64,000 bases of DNA, taken from positions 108,945-172,944 of the forward strand of contig JAZDJN010000054.1 of the NCBI GenBank assembly GCA_043803945.1. The letters run 5' to 3'. Position 1 is the first letter of the stretch. Each line of letters begins with the position of its first letter. Origin of the DNA: a bacterium. Its GTDB lineage: Bacteria; Bacteroidota; Ignavibacteria; UBA10030. The translations under genes were made by a program, and so were the position numbers. The notes beneath the pieces were generated by a model. It was not told the DNA's origin. It worked only from the letters and a program-made list of their open reading frames with translations, and made no database searches. This document shows, one piece after another, positions 42,003 to 52,644 of the stretch.

Positions 42003-43169
42003 ATGAAAACTAGTTATGATGTGATTATCGTTGGCGGGGGGCCTGCGGGCTCAACCGCTGCACGATATGCCGCAGCAGGAGGCGCTTCTGTCTTACTCCT
42101 TGAAAAGGATCGTGATATTGGCTATCCGGTTCGCTGCGCAGAAGCAGTTAGCCATGAAGGCGTAATCCAGTTCATTGAGCCCGATCCACGATGGATCGCA
42201 GCTTCAGTGACAAAGTTCCGAATAGTGGCACCCAACGGGAGTTCAATTTCTCCACGACTCGATGGACTCGCCTATGTTCTGGAACGCCGCATCTTCGATT
42301 ATGAGCTCGCAAAGCTCGCTGTGCGAGAGGGCACCGAAATTATTACCAAAGCATATGTTTATGATCTCCTCAAAGAGGACGAGAACATTGTCGGTGTTAA
42401 TGCCTTAATCAAAGATCAGAAATACGAATATCGAGCGAAAGTAATTATCGGTGCAGATGGCGTGGAGAGTAGAGTTGGAAAGTGGGCTGGAATCGATACG
42501 ACCTGTTCTATCCATGATATGGAGAGCTGTGCACAGGTCACGTTGAGCGGCATTCATCTCGATGAAGGATTCCTCGATTTCTATTTTGGAGCTGCTGTAG
42601 CACCCAGCGGCTATCTCTGGGTATTTCCAAAGGGTCGAGACTCCGCAAATGTTGGTATTGGAATCAATGTTGAACACGCAAGAAAGAAGTCGGCGATAAA
42701 GTATCTTGAGGAATTCGTCAATCAGCACTATCCGCACGCGGCACAACTCACTCGAATCGCCGGAGGCGTGCCATGTGCAAAAACGTGTGATGAAATCGTG
42801 AAGGCAAATGTAATGCTTGTTGGCGATGCTGCTCACCAGGTGAATCCAGTCTCCGGTGGTGGCATTATCAGCGGCATGATTGGTGGTATGATTGCAGGGC
42901 AGGTAGCAGTTGAAGCAATCCAGAACAAGGACATCGCGCATTTGGTCGAGTATCAAAAACGCTGGCACAAGCGGCTCGGATGGCGGCATGAAGTTTTCTA
43001 TCGAATCAAAGAGTCGATCTCCGACTTTTCCGATGAGACCTTGAATAAGCTCTGTGCCGACGCCAATAAATTGCCGGAGGAGAAACAAACTGTGGGTGCA
43101 ATATTTCGTACAGCGCTATGGAATAATCCTTCCATGATGCTTGATATGGCAAAAGTATTCATTTCTTAG
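42003..43169 (+). CDS. Geranylgeranyl reductase family (DGGR-like) FAD oxidoreductase
   Basis: GGGPAG, PVRCAE, R..FD, YLWVFP (YxWxFP), GDAA. Confidence 0.85.
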   Translation: MKTSYDVIIVGGGPAGSTAARYAAAGGASVLLLEKDRDIGYPVRCAEAVSHEGVIQFIEPDPRWIAASVTKFRIVAPNGSSISPRLDGLAYVLERRIFDYELAKLAVREGTEIITKAYVYDLLKEDENIVGVNALIKDQKYEYRAKVIIGADGVESRVGKWAGIDTTCSIHDMESCAQVTLSGIHLDEGFLDFYFGAAVAPSGYLWVFPKGRDSANVGIGINVEHARKKSAIKYLEEFVNQHYPHAAQLTRIAGGVPCAKTCDEIVKANVMLVGDAAHQVNPVSGGGIISGMIGGMIAGQVAVEAIQNKDIAHLVEYQKRWHKRLGWRHEVFYRIKESISDFSDETLNKLCADANKLPEEKQTVGAIFRTALWNNPSMMLDMAKVFIS

Positions 43170-43403
43170 TCCAAGCGAACACTCATTCCTTATTTTTGTT
43201 TTACATCTGACTCTTCGGATTGTCTTAGGCGGTGATTGCTGTTTGCATGCAGGTGTACCCTCTACTCAAATGGTACCGATGGGCATCGATAATCAGGATT
43301 CCGATCAGGGAAATGAACCACCTATCACTTCATTAATTTCCTCCAGTAGAGGCTTTCTTGCACCTCATAACACCTTCCCGTATATTGATCTTGTAAAAGA
43401 AAG

Positions 43404-44453
43404 GTGGAAGTGAATCGGGAACAATTTCAACATATACTTGTCGTTCGAACCGACCGTATTGGCGACGTAATCCTCTCCCTTCCAATGATTACAAGCTTGA
43501 GGGCTCAATTCCCCTCCGCAAGGATTACAATGCTTTTGCGCGCCTATACTGCCGAAATCGCTGAAAATTTTAAAGGATTGGATGCAATATTGCTGTATGA
43601 TCAGGAAGGAAGGCAGAAACCATATTCAACAATGTTAAGGGAATTGAGGGCACAACGATTCGATGGTGTCATTCTTGCACATCCCACTTTTCGCTTGGCT
43701 TCATTGATGTTCCAGGCCGGAATCCCAAGGCGAGTCGGAACTGGTTATCGATTGTATTCGTTTTTATTCAATAGAAAAGTACTCGAGCATCGGAAGACGG
43801 CTGAGAAGCATGAAGCGGAATATAATCTCTCACTTCTTCATGCCCTTGGTTGTCAATCTCTTCAACTCGTACCACCCCGAATTGAGATTCCGGCAGTTCT
43901 GGTTCAAAAGATGGAGCATGCACGAGAACTGAACCGGATTTCCGATCCCTATATCGTGCTTCACCCTGGAAGCGGCGGATCAGCCAGAGAATGGAAAGCA
44001 GAAAACTTTGGGGCACTCGCACAGAAGCTCATTCAGGATTCTTTCACCATTGTTGTGACTGGTATCAGTGTTGAAGAATTATTAGTACAGAAGGTTGTTC
44101 AGATGACCGAGGGCAAGGCAATCTCCATCGTTGGTTCGCTTTCAATAAAGGAGCTTGGTGCTTTAATACAGCACGCTGCCCTGTTCGTTTCGAATTCTAC
44201 CGGTCCCTTACATCTTGCCGCCGCCGTGGCGGTTCCTGTCATTGCATTGTATCCGCCTATTCGGGAATGCAGTCCAACGCGCTGGGGCCCACTGACGGAG
44301 CGGAAGGTAATATTTGAAGCCGACAATCGGTTATGCAAACGTTGTGGTGGAGGTGAGTGTCAGGGAAACGACTGTATGGATCAGATATCAGTTGATCAGG
44401 TATATGCCGCTGCAAAATCCATGATATCAAAAAAGACTGTCTCTGAGGATTAG
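43404..44453 (+). CDS. Glycosyltransferase family 9 (heptosyltransferase-like)
   Basis: RTDRIGD, HPGSG, NSTGPLHLAAA. Confidence 0.9.
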   Translation: MEVNREQFQHILVVRTDRIGDVILSLPMITSLRAQFPSARITMLLRAYTAEIAENFKGLDAILLYDQEGRQKPYSTMLRELRAQRFDGVILAHPTFRLASLMFQAGIPRRVGTGYRLYSFLFNRKVLEHRKTAEKHEAEYNLSLLHALGCQSLQLVPPRIEIPAVLVQKMEHARELNRISDPYIVLHPGSGGSAREWKAENFGALAQKLIQDSFTIVVTGISVEELLVQKVVQMTEGKAISIVGSLSIKELGALIQHAALFVSNSTGPLHLAAAVAVPVIALYPPIRECSPTRWGPLTERKVIFEADNRLCKRCGGGECQGNDCMDQISVDQVYAAAKSMISKKTVSED

Positions 44454-44454
44454 G

Positions 44455-45285
44455 GTGATCAAACAATACCTGCTTGTAGCATTTCTGGTGATGGGATATT
44501 TTTTTGAGAAGGCCCATGAACCACAGCAGATACCGATAAGTGCCCTCGCTGCTCAAATTGCCGATTCGACAAAGCTCAGGTCGATAAAACAACACGCCTT
44601 TACTACAGGGGAAAAACTGACGTTTGACGTTGGTTATGGTTTCATCATTGCCGGTGAGGCAATAATGCAGGTTCCCCGGATCGATACCATCGATGGTCGG
44701 AAGAGTTTTCAGGTATTGTTTACCGTGAATTCCACCTCAACATTTTCATGGATTTTCAAAGTTGAGGACCGGTATGAAACAATGCTCGATGTCGACGGGC
44801 TCTTTCCGTGGCGCTTCAATCAGAAAATTCGGGAGGGTAAATATCGGAGGGATTTCAGCGCAAAATTTGACCAACGCAAACACGTTGCTTATGCGAATGA
44901 TAAAATTTATCCCATCCCGCCTTACGTCCAAGATGTTGTTTCGGCATTCTATTTCATCAGAACGCTCGATTATTCAAAGTCAAAACCGGGTGAAAAGGTG
45001 TTTCTGTATAATTTCTACAAAGATACCACTCATACTCTCGCAGTTAAATTTCTTGGCCGGCAGCGTATTGAGGTGGATGCAGGTACGTTTGATTGCGTCA
45101 TTGTCGAACCGCTCATCAAGGAGGGCGGCCTGTTTAAAAGTGAGGGAAGGGTGTTAATCTGGCTCACGAATGATGAACGAAAAATTCCGGTGAAAGTCAG
45201 CACAAAGGTTGTCATTGGCTCGATTGACGCCGAACTGCGCGAATACTCAGGCATCGCAGGACCAATCACAGCGAAAGTAAAGTAA
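44455..45285 (+). CDS. DUF3108 domain protein
   Basis: GEKLTF, IWLTND..KIPVK. Confidence 0.8.
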   Translation: MIKQYLLVAFLVMGYFFEKAHEPQQIPISALAAQIADSTKLRSIKQHAFTTGEKLTFDVGYGFIIAGEAIMQVPRIDTIDGRKSFQVLFTVNSTSTFSWIFKVEDRYETMLDVDGLFPWRFNQKIREGKYRRDFSAKFDQRKHVAYANDKIYPIPPYVQDVVSAFYFIRTLDYSKSKPGEKVFLYNFYKDTTHTLAVKFLGRQRIEVDAGTFDCVIVEPLIKEGGLFKSEGRVLIWLTNDERKIPVKVSTKVVIGSIDAELREYSGIAGPITAKVK

Positions 45286-45286
45286 T

Positions 45287-46252
45287 ATGGGTAAGGCACG
45301 CTATCATCAACTTCGATTTGATAAGGTTTCACTGATCTCGATCAAAGACCGTAAAAGCAAAGTCACACAAAAAGACTTTGCCCGGGTCATAGACCCAAAG
45401 GAAGCAACGCTGGAAGAATTCTTTGATTCCTTTCCGAAAATCCTGGCCGCGGAAGATCTTCGGGCGTTTGCGGATACGATCGTGCATTCCTGGAAGAAGA
45501 AGAAACCTGTGATTGTAATGATCGGTGCTCATGTGATAAAGGTGGGGCTCTCGCCTCTTCTGATCGATCTGATCAACCGAGGAATCATCACCCATCTTGC
45601 CATGAATAGTGCAGCCGCTATACACGATGTCGAGACCGCGATGTGGGGAAAAACTTCCGAAGATGTCGCGGTGAATATTCTGGATGGAAAATTCGGGATG
45701 TCAAAGGAGACAGGCGATTTTATCAATGGGACACTCTCAGAATCGTTCTCCTGCTCAGAGGAGGGATATGGAGAGTCTCTCGGTAATAAACTACTCGAAG
45801 TGCGAGCTCCCAACCGTTCAGTAAGTCTCCTCGCCCGTTGTGTTGAATCTGGAACTCCAGTTACGGTCCATGCCGCCATTGGTACAGATATCATTCATCA
45901 GCAGAACACGATGAACGGTGCAGCGACGGGTGAACTCAGTTACCGCGATTTTAGAGTGCTGGCAAATTCGGTGAAAGATCTCCGCGGTGGCGGTATCGTG
46001 ATGAATATCGGATCGGCAGTTATTCTTCCCGAGGTCTTTCTGAAAGCCCTTACGGTTGCTCGCAACCTCAGATTCAAAGCAAAAGGATTCACGACAGCCA
46101 ACTTCGATATGATACGGCAGTACCGTCCAATGATGAATGTCGTTGAGCGGCCGACCCAGAACCATGGCAAAGGATATAATTTTGTGGGGCACCATGAGAT
46201 CATGATTCCTCTGCTTGCCGCGCTGATTAAGACGAAGGCGGGGAAGGTCTAG
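45287..46252 (+). CDS. Deoxyhypusine-synthase-like conserved protein (GSU2086-like)
   Basis: GAHVIK, AMN, TVHAAIGTDIIH, GSAVILPEVFLKA, GHHEIM. Confidence 0.65.
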   Translation: MGKARYHQLRFDKVSLISIKDRKSKVTQKDFARVIDPKEATLEEFFDSFPKILAAEDLRAFADTIVHSWKKKKPVIVMIGAHVIKVGLSPLLIDLINRGIITHLAMNSAAAIHDVETAMWGKTSEDVAVNILDGKFGMSKETGDFINGTLSESFSCSEEGYGESLGNKLLEVRAPNRSVSLLARCVESGTPVTVHAAIGTDIIHQQNTMNGAATGELSYRDFRVLANSVKDLRGGGIVMNIGSAVILPEVFLKALTVARNLRFKAKGFTTANFDMIRQYRPMMNVVERPTQNHGKGYNFVGHHEIMIPLLAALIKTKAGKV

Positions 46253-46259
46253 ATCGAAA

Positions 46260-47189
46260 GTGGAAAACGACGTTCAACAAAATCCTCCGCAACAAACCTC
46301 ACCCATCGCCGCGATGGTGGAACGGATTCGTTCGCACCCGATTGCCTTCGCCTTCGTTTGTCTTGGTATAATATTTTTTCTTTATCAGGCCATCGGTGGA
46401 ACCATCACGCTGGTGGTCGTTGGCTCTAAGGTAACGCCGGAAAATGTAGGGCTCCATCGCATCTTCACGGGGGCCGGTCAAATTCTCTTTATCCTCATTC
46501 CAACCCTCCTCTTTGCAAAGCTGATGCGGGAGAACCTCAGTGTCGTGTTCCCTTCAAGAATGCCACAAGGGATGGAGACGTTATTTGCTATTCTGGGTTT
46601 GCTCTTTCTCCAATCATTTCTGCAATCCTACATGGCGTTGCAGGACCTGCTGCCGTTTGCTCAGGAATTGAAGAAATATATTGAACCGTTGCGGAAAATG
46701 ATGGAAGAGATCTATAAGGTTCTTATTTCTGCCGAGAGTATTCCGGAACTTTTATTTGTTCTCTTGATCGTGGCTATCGTTCCAGGGATTATTGAGGAAT
46801 TACTCTTTCGAGGAGTGATTCAATCGAGTTTTGAGCGCCGGATGTCTCCTCTTGCTGCTGCCGCCTTCGCTGGTGCAATCTTCGGCGCATTTCACTTTAA
46901 TCCCATCGATATTGTACCCCTGATGCTCCTCGGCTGCTACTTTGGCATTCTCCGATGGCGGTCGCGCAGTATCATTCTGGCAATGACGGCTCATTTTTTG
47001 AACAACGCTCTCGCTGTTCTGGCAAACTACTATCATCTCGACCAGGAGAGTGTCGTTGGAACTGCAGGTACTGCAGAATTGAGCTTAACGCTTATCGTAA
47101 CACAATTTTTCTTTTCTATGATGATGTTTGGTATTTCATTTCATCTCTACCTTCGGTTCTCTGGGGATGAACGAATTCATTCAGCTTAA
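46260..47189 (+). CDS. CPBP (CAAX/Abi) intramembrane metalloprotease
   Basis: EELLFRG, FGAFH, HFLNN. Confidence 0.92.
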   Translation: MENDVQQNPPQQTSPIAAMVERIRSHPIAFAFVCLGIIFFLYQAIGGTITLVVVGSKVTPENVGLHRIFTGAGQILFILIPTLLFAKLMRENLSVVFPSRMPQGMETLFAILGLLFLQSFLQSYMALQDLLPFAQELKKYIEPLRKMMEEIYKVLISAESIPELLFVLLIVAIVPGIIEELLFRGVIQSSFERRMSPLAAAAFAGAIFGAFHFNPIDIVPLMLLGCYFGILRWRSRSIILAMTAHFLNNALAVLANYYHLDQESVVGTAGTAELSLTLIVTQFFFSMMMFGISFHLYLRFSGDERIHSA

Positions 47190-47194
47190 CAAGT

Positions 47195-48166
47195 ATGAAA
47201 AGGAATAAACTCTTGGCGGCAACCTCGTTTAAGAATCTTGGAACACGTATTCTCGTAGCGGTTGTTGCGATACCGTTGATTGTTCTGCTTGCCATGCAGG
47301 GTGGATATTTGTTCTTTTTTCTTGTGGCGGCAATCTCTGCTCTGATGCTCCTTGAATTTTATGCACTGGCCGAGGCAAAAGGCGCATTTCCCGTCAAATC
47401 GCTTGGATTGATTTTTGGATTTCTTGTGAACGCGGCGTTCATCTATGAACGATCCCAGGTGGCCATCTATCAATTCTTTCTTGACCGGGGTATTCATCTT
47501 TCGATGTTTTCCCAGCTTCAATTTCTGCTTGTCATCCTTCTCGTCTTCTTTCTTCTTGTTCTGCTTATTGAACTGTTCCGTGTGAAAGGATCTCCACTGC
47601 ACAATGTGGCCGCAACAATTATGGGAGTCGTTTACATCTCTCTTTTTCTTGGGACATTAATTTCCTCAAGAGAACTTTTCCCGTATGGCTTTCCGGTCCA
47701 TAAATTCTTCACGGTAACCCTTGCCCGTGAACTTGAACTGGAACGGATTGAGCAATGGGGAGGATATACAGTTGTTGCACTCTTTGCCAGTATCTGGATT
47801 TGCGATACTGCAGCATATTTCAGCGGACTCACGTTAGGAAGGCATAAACTTTTCGAACGGGTCAGTCCGAAAAAAACCTGGGAGGGCGCCGTCTTTGGAT
47901 TTGTCTTCGCGGTTTTAACCATGGTTGCTGCCCGGTCACTCGTGCTCGATTATCTCTCAATCCAGGATGCTCTGATCATTGGTATGATGGTTGGAATATT
48001 TGGACAACTCGGTGATTTGATTGAATCAAGATTCAAGCGCGATGCAGGTGTAAAAGATTCCTCCGGACTGATCCCCGGCCATGGTGGGTTGTTTGACCGG
48101 TTTGATAGTCTGGTCTATGTAGCGCCGATGGTCTATTTGTACATCGATTTTGTTGTTTTATCCTGA
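47195..48166 (+). CDS. cdsA: Phosphatidate cytidylyltransferase
   Basis: SPKKTWEG, KRDAGVKDS, PGHGGLFDRFDS. Confidence 0.95.
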   Translation: MKRNKLLAATSFKNLGTRILVAVVAIPLIVLLAMQGGYLFFFLVAAISALMLLEFYALAEAKGAFPVKSLGLIFGFLVNAAFIYERSQVAIYQFFLDRGIHLSMFSQLQFLLVILLVFFLLVLLIELFRVKGSPLHNVAATIMGVVYISLFLGTLISSRELFPYGFPVHKFFTVTLARELELERIEQWGGYTVVALFASIWICDTAAYFSGLTLGRHKLFERVSPKKTWEGAVFGFVFAVLTMVAARSLVLDYLSIQDALIIGMMVGIFGQLGDLIESRFKRDAGVKDSSGLIPGHGGLFDRFDSLVYVAPMVYLYIDFVVLS

Positions 48167-48184
48167 CAGGGCTCTATTGGTCAT

Positions 48185-49528
48185 ATGAAGAGAGAGAATA
48201 AAGCGAAAATTGCAGTTCTTACATTAGGCTGTTCCAAGAACGTTGTCGATAGCGAAGTCTTACTCGGGCACCTGTCAAAGGGAAAAGTAACAATTGCTGC
48301 TGAGGCTGATCAGGCCGATGTGCTCGTGATCAATACATGTGGATTTATTGATGCGGCCAAACAGGAATCCATCGATGCTATTCTTGAAGCGGTGGAACAG
48401 AAAAAGAATGGGTCGCTGAAAAAAGTTGTCGTGATGGGATGTCTTTCAGAACGATTCAAGGAGGACTTGAAAAAAGAGATTCCTGATGTCGATGCATACT
48501 TTGGAACAAATCAGCTTGCGCAGGTCATTACCGAGCTCGGGGTCGACTACAAAAAAGAACTCCTTGGCGAACGCAGCCTCTCAACACCGCGGCATTACGC
48601 GTACTTGAAGATCTCGGAAGGGTGCGATCATCCCTGCTCATTCTGTGCGATCCCATTAATGCGCGGAAAGCATCTCACAAAACCAATAGAAGAGGTAATC
48701 CGCGAAGCAGAATCTCTGGCAAGCAAGGGCGTGAGGGAATTAATCGTTATAGGCCAGGATACAACGAGTTATGGTATCGATTTGTATGGGAAAAGCAGGA
48801 TTTCTGAACTCATAAAGAGCCTCTCAAAGGTTCGGGGGATCGATTGGATTCGCTTAATGTATGCATACCCGGCGCACTTTCCTGAAGAACTTATTTCAAT
48901 GATGAGAAACTCCAGGACAATTTGCCGCTATCTCGATTTGCCGATTCAGCATATTGCAGATCCAGTTCTGCGTTCGATGAGAAGAGGGATAACGAAACGG
49001 GCAACTGAAGAGTTGCTGACCAGACTCAGAAATGAAATTCCGGATCTTGCCTTGAGGACAACATTGATTCTCGGCTATCCGGAGGAGGGCGAAAAGGAAT
49101 TTGAGGAACTCCGCGAATTTGTGACCGAATTCAAATTCGATCGCCTGGGAGTGTTCACCTATTCTCATGAGGAAGGAACCTCCGCCTATGCGTTGGAAGA
49201 TCGCATTCCCGGGGAGATCAAAGAAGAGCGAAAAAATACTATCATGAAAATTCAACAGGAGATTTCCGAAACACGGAATCAGCGATTGATCGGAAAGGAT
49301 CTCCGGGTGTTGGTGGACCGAAGAGAGGGCGAATACGCAATAGCCAGATCTGAATGGGATGCGCCGGATATCGATCAAGAAATTTATATTTCTGATCCTG
49401 ACTCCTCACTGCCACCCGGCACGATGACCCAGGTGCACATTACCGATGCAACGGAATATGATCTCATGGCGGAACATGTTGGTCTCACGGTTCACCGGAC
49501 ATCACCGACGCCGTCTGTCAGATCTTGA
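48185..49528 (+). CDS. rimO: Ribosomal protein S12 methylthiotransferase
   Basis: LGCSKNVVDSE, NTCGFI, GCDHPCSFC, TRAM domain. Confidence 0.95.
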   Translation: MKRENKAKIAVLTLGCSKNVVDSEVLLGHLSKGKVTIAAEADQADVLVINTCGFIDAAKQESIDAILEAVEQKKNGSLKKVVVMGCLSERFKEDLKKEIPDVDAYFGTNQLAQVITELGVDYKKELLGERSLSTPRHYAYLKISEGCDHPCSFCAIPLMRGKHLTKPIEEVIREAESLASKGVRELIVIGQDTTSYGIDLYGKSRISELIKSLSKVRGIDWIRLMYAYPAHFPEELISMMRNSRTICRYLDLPIQHIADPVLRSMRRGITKRATEELLTRLRNEIPDLALRTTLILGYPEEGEKEFEELREFVTEFKFDRLGVFTYSHEEGTSAYALEDRIPGEIKEERKNTIMKIQQEISETRNQRLIGKDLRVLVDRREGEYAIARSEWDAPDIDQEIYISDPDSSLPPGTMTQVHITDATEYDLMAEHVGLTVHRTSPTPSVRS

Positions 49529-49543
49529 AAGGAGTGTTTTGAA

Positions 49544-50842
49544 ATGAAGAATCGAGCTTTGAACATCGCAGTCTTCCTCTTCGCTCTTTGGTGCATGGCT
49601 CTGCAGTATGCACAAGCGCAGGTGGAAATGCAAAAGCGGGATGCTGAGCAAACCATAACACTCTCCATCGATGCGATGACCTACCTTTCTGAAACAGAAG
49701 ATAAGTCTCGGGTCGATGTCTACGTTCAGATCCCAAATTCTGAAATGCGCTTCATAAAAGATGGAGATAGTTTCGTTGCACGGTACGATGTGACTGTGAA
49801 TTTTCAGATTCAGGATCAGACCATGCTATCTGTGAACTGGTTGCGAGAACGGCGGGTGGAAGATTTTGCACTGACAGCATCATCCCGGCATTCCGATCTG
49901 AGCGTCAAATCGATTGACATCCCTCCAGGAAAATATGATATCCTGATTCAGGTCACTGATCTGGAGTCTAAAAAAAGTGCGGTTGCGAAGAGAACGTTGC
50001 TTGTCCTGGATCTCCGCAAGGATGCCATGAGTGTGAGTGATATTATGCTGCTTAATCGGATGAGTGTGGATGGTCAACAACGCAATATCGTTCCGAATGT
50101 CGGTGGAACCTTCACGAAGATCACTGAGGGTTTTTCGGTCTTCTTTGAAATCTATGCCAAGAATCCGATTTCTACAGCGACGTTCAACTATAAGATAGTT
50201 AACATGAAAAAAGCAGAGGTTCAGGCCCGAACCCAGACGGAACAGGTCAATGGAACCAAAGCACAAGTATTTTTCAAGCTCGACAGCCTCAATCTGCAAT
50301 TAGGGACCTATTTCATCGTCATTGATGCCATTGCTCTGGACGAGAATGGCGATACTCTCAAAGCAAATTCCTCCAGGAATTTCTCGGTCCGCTCCACTGA
50401 CCTTCCCTTTACGGTAAAGAATATCGATAAAGCTGTCGATCAAATGATGTACATTGCACTCGATTCCGATTTACGGTATATCCGAAATGCAGAAGATCCA
50501 GAGGAAAAGAGAAGGCGGTTTTTAGATTTCTGGGCTAAGCGCGATCCGGATCCCTCCACATCGCGTAATGAATTGTTGGAAGAATATTATCAGCGAGTAG
50601 AATATGCCAATGCCACCTTTACCCATCATCTGGAAGGATGGAAGAGTGATATGGGTATGGTCTACATCACCTTTGGTCCTCCTGAATCTGTGGAGCGTCG
50701 GCCATTTGAAGCCGGAATGAAACCATTCGAAATCTGGTACTATTATCAGCAGGGGCGCAGGTTCGACTTTATCGATGAAACAGGATTCGGCGATTATCGT
50801 CTCGTCTATCCGACACGAGATTTGTGGGGAAGAGTTCGTTGA
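49544..50842 (+). CDS. Exported GWxTD domain protein
   Basis: FW..RDP...NE..EEYY.RV.YAN...GWKSDMG..YI.FGPP. Confidence 0.9.
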   Translation: MKNRALNIAVFLFALWCMALQYAQAQVEMQKRDAEQTITLSIDAMTYLSETEDKSRVDVYVQIPNSEMRFIKDGDSFVARYDVTVNFQIQDQTMLSVNWLRERRVEDFALTASSRHSDLSVKSIDIPPGKYDILIQVTDLESKKSAVAKRTLLVLDLRKDAMSVSDIMLLNRMSVDGQQRNIVPNVGGTFTKITEGFSVFFEIYAKNPISTATFNYKIVNMKKAEVQARTQTEQVNGTKAQVFFKLDSLNLQLGTYFIVIDAIALDENGDTLKANSSRNFSVRSTDLPFTVKNIDKAVDQMMYIALDSDLRYIRNAEDPEEKRRRFLDFWAKRDPDPSTSRNELLEEYYQRVEYANATFTHHLEGWKSDMGMVYITFGPPESVERRPFEAGMKPFEIWYYYQQGRRFDFIDETGFGDYRLVYPTRDLWGRVR

Positions 50843-52644
50843 GAGGATTGATGGAATATTTTAAAAAAAAAGCCAGGACGAACGTTAAAACGACTGGCTT
50901 TTTCTATCACACGATTATGATTCTCTCCCTGGTTCTTCTGATACCAGAAGAAAATAATGCCCAATCAAAAGGAGTTGTCCGGTCGATTATCTTTCATGGT
51001 GTCGCAGCGATCAATGAGGATGAGTTGCTGCAGATGATGCAAACCAAACAAGGGTCGATGTTCTTTCGATCAGATTCTCAAACCATTGTTTCATGGTACA
51101 CATCCCTTGGATATCTCAACGCCCGTATCGATTCCTTCCGTGAGCAGTACTCCAGCGATTCCACCAGACTTGATCTCGTCTATTACATTACGGAGGGAAA
51201 GCCCTCTCGTGTGGACACCATCAAGATTGAGGAAAATCGCGCTTTCTCGTCGGAGCTTCTGCTGAGTCAAATGAAGACGAAGGAACATACCATCTTTTCT
51301 TCTCGGCAGTTGGAATCGGATATTGGAGCGCTTCTTGCTTTCTATGAACACCGGGGTTATCCGTTGACAAAAATCACGATCACTCGGATGGAACTCCGTG
51401 AGAGTAGTGAAGTCATCCAGGTTTCTCTCTCTCTGCTCATCAATGAAGGTGTACGACTACAGATTAGTACTCTTCTGGTCAAGGGTAACGAGTTGACCAG
51501 TTCAGAAGTCATTCAACGGGAAGCGCGCCTCAGCGGCACGGAACCCTATTCGCATGATCTTGCCGTAAAAATTAAAAAAAGGATAGAGCGGTTGCAGTTG
51601 TTTAATTCTGTCAGCTTACCGGAGTTAGTACTCAAGGAAGACGGCCATGCTGCTTTGATGGTAAATGTCCAGGAGGGGCGCCAAAACCGATTTGATGGGA
51701 TTGTGGGTTATATTCCCTCCACGACTTCGGAGAGTGCAGGCTATCTTACTGGATTACTCGATCTCCAGTTCAGAAATATTATGGGCTCTGCACGCCGGTT
51801 TGATGCTCGCTGGTTTCGAGAGAGCCCTGTGACTCAGGAGATACAATTGCACTATGGTGAACCATGGGTCGCCTCCATTCCGATGAATCTTGATCTCCGG
51901 TTCCAGCAACGGAAACAGGATTCGACCTATACGCGGCGCCAGATCGCCCTCGATGCCGAGCTCTTCCTCGCGGATGAACTTTCGGGCGGAATGTCAATTT
52001 CACAGACAACGGTGATTCCCTCAGAACTTTATGGTTTCCGTTTTATGCAAAACAGCACAACCACCATGATCGGGGTCACCTTTCGTTATGATTCAAGGGA
52101 TAATGTGATCATTCCTGAGGAAGGATCCTACTATCGGGCTTCTTATGGAACAGGGAAAAAGTCAATTGAATCTCATTCGACGCTAACAGAGCAACTCTCT
52201 TCTACGACTCAGCGTTTCGATCTGGATCTGGAGTGGTACTTCTCTCCAGTTCGTCGACAGGTTGCTGCCCTTGCCCTGTTCGTGAGAGAGTTCAGGTCGG
52301 GAACACCAGAACTCAGCGACCTGTTTCGGATAGGCGGAGCAACGACAATTCGGGGATATCGGGAAGGTCAATTTCTTGCTTCACGCATGGTCTGGTCTAA
52401 TTTGGAATATCGTGTTATCTTTGGCGAGCGGGCGTTTGCCTATCTCTTTATGGACGCCGGATATCTCTCTTGTCCTGAAATCGTTCTTGCAGGAGTGGAA
52501 AGACAAGAACAATTAAAATATGGATATGGAGTTGGACTTCGTACTGATTCACCGTTGGGGATCATCGGTGTCAGTATTGGATTGGGAGAGGGAGATACCT
52601 TTAGTATGGCAAAATTACATGTTCGGTTGGTGAATGAATTTTAG
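50824..52644 (+). CDS. Omp85 (BamA/TamA) family protein with POTRA domains; start uncertain
   Basis: POTRA-like repeats, IRGY motif, C-terminal Phe. Confidence 0.85.
   Translation: MGKSSLRGLMEYFKKKARTNVKTTGFFYHTIMILSLVLLIPEENNAQSKGVVRSIIFHGVAAINEDELLQMMQTKQGSMFFRSDSQTIVSWYTSLGYLNARIDSFREQYSSDSTRLDLVYYITEGKPSRVDTIKIEENRAFSSELLLSQMKTKEHTIFSSRQLESDIGALLAFYEHRGYPLTKITITRMELRESSEVIQVSLSLLINEGVRLQISTLLVKGNELTSSEVIQREARLSGTEPYSHDLAVKIKKRIERLQLFNSVSLPELVLKEDGHAALMVNVQEGRQNRFDGIVGYIPSTTSESAGYLTGLLDLQFRNIMGSARRFDARWFRESPVTQEIQLHYGEPWVASIPMNLDLRFQQRKQDSTYTRRQIALDAELFLADELSGGMSISQTTVIPSELYGFRFMQNSTTTMIGVTFRYDSRDNVIIPEEGSYYRASYGTGKKSIESHSTLTEQLSSTTQRFDLDLEWYFSPVRRQVAALALFVREFRSGTPELSDLFRIGGATTIRGYREGQFLASRMVWSNLEYRVIFGERAFAYLFMDAGYLSCPEIVLAGVERQEQLKYGYGVGLRTDSPLGIIGVSIGLGEGDTFSMAKLHVRLVNEF

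Noticed and set aside
43170-43403. Possible ncRNA or 90-aa ORF between the GGR and GT9 genes
   Set aside because: I could not identify a convincing structure or motif by eye.
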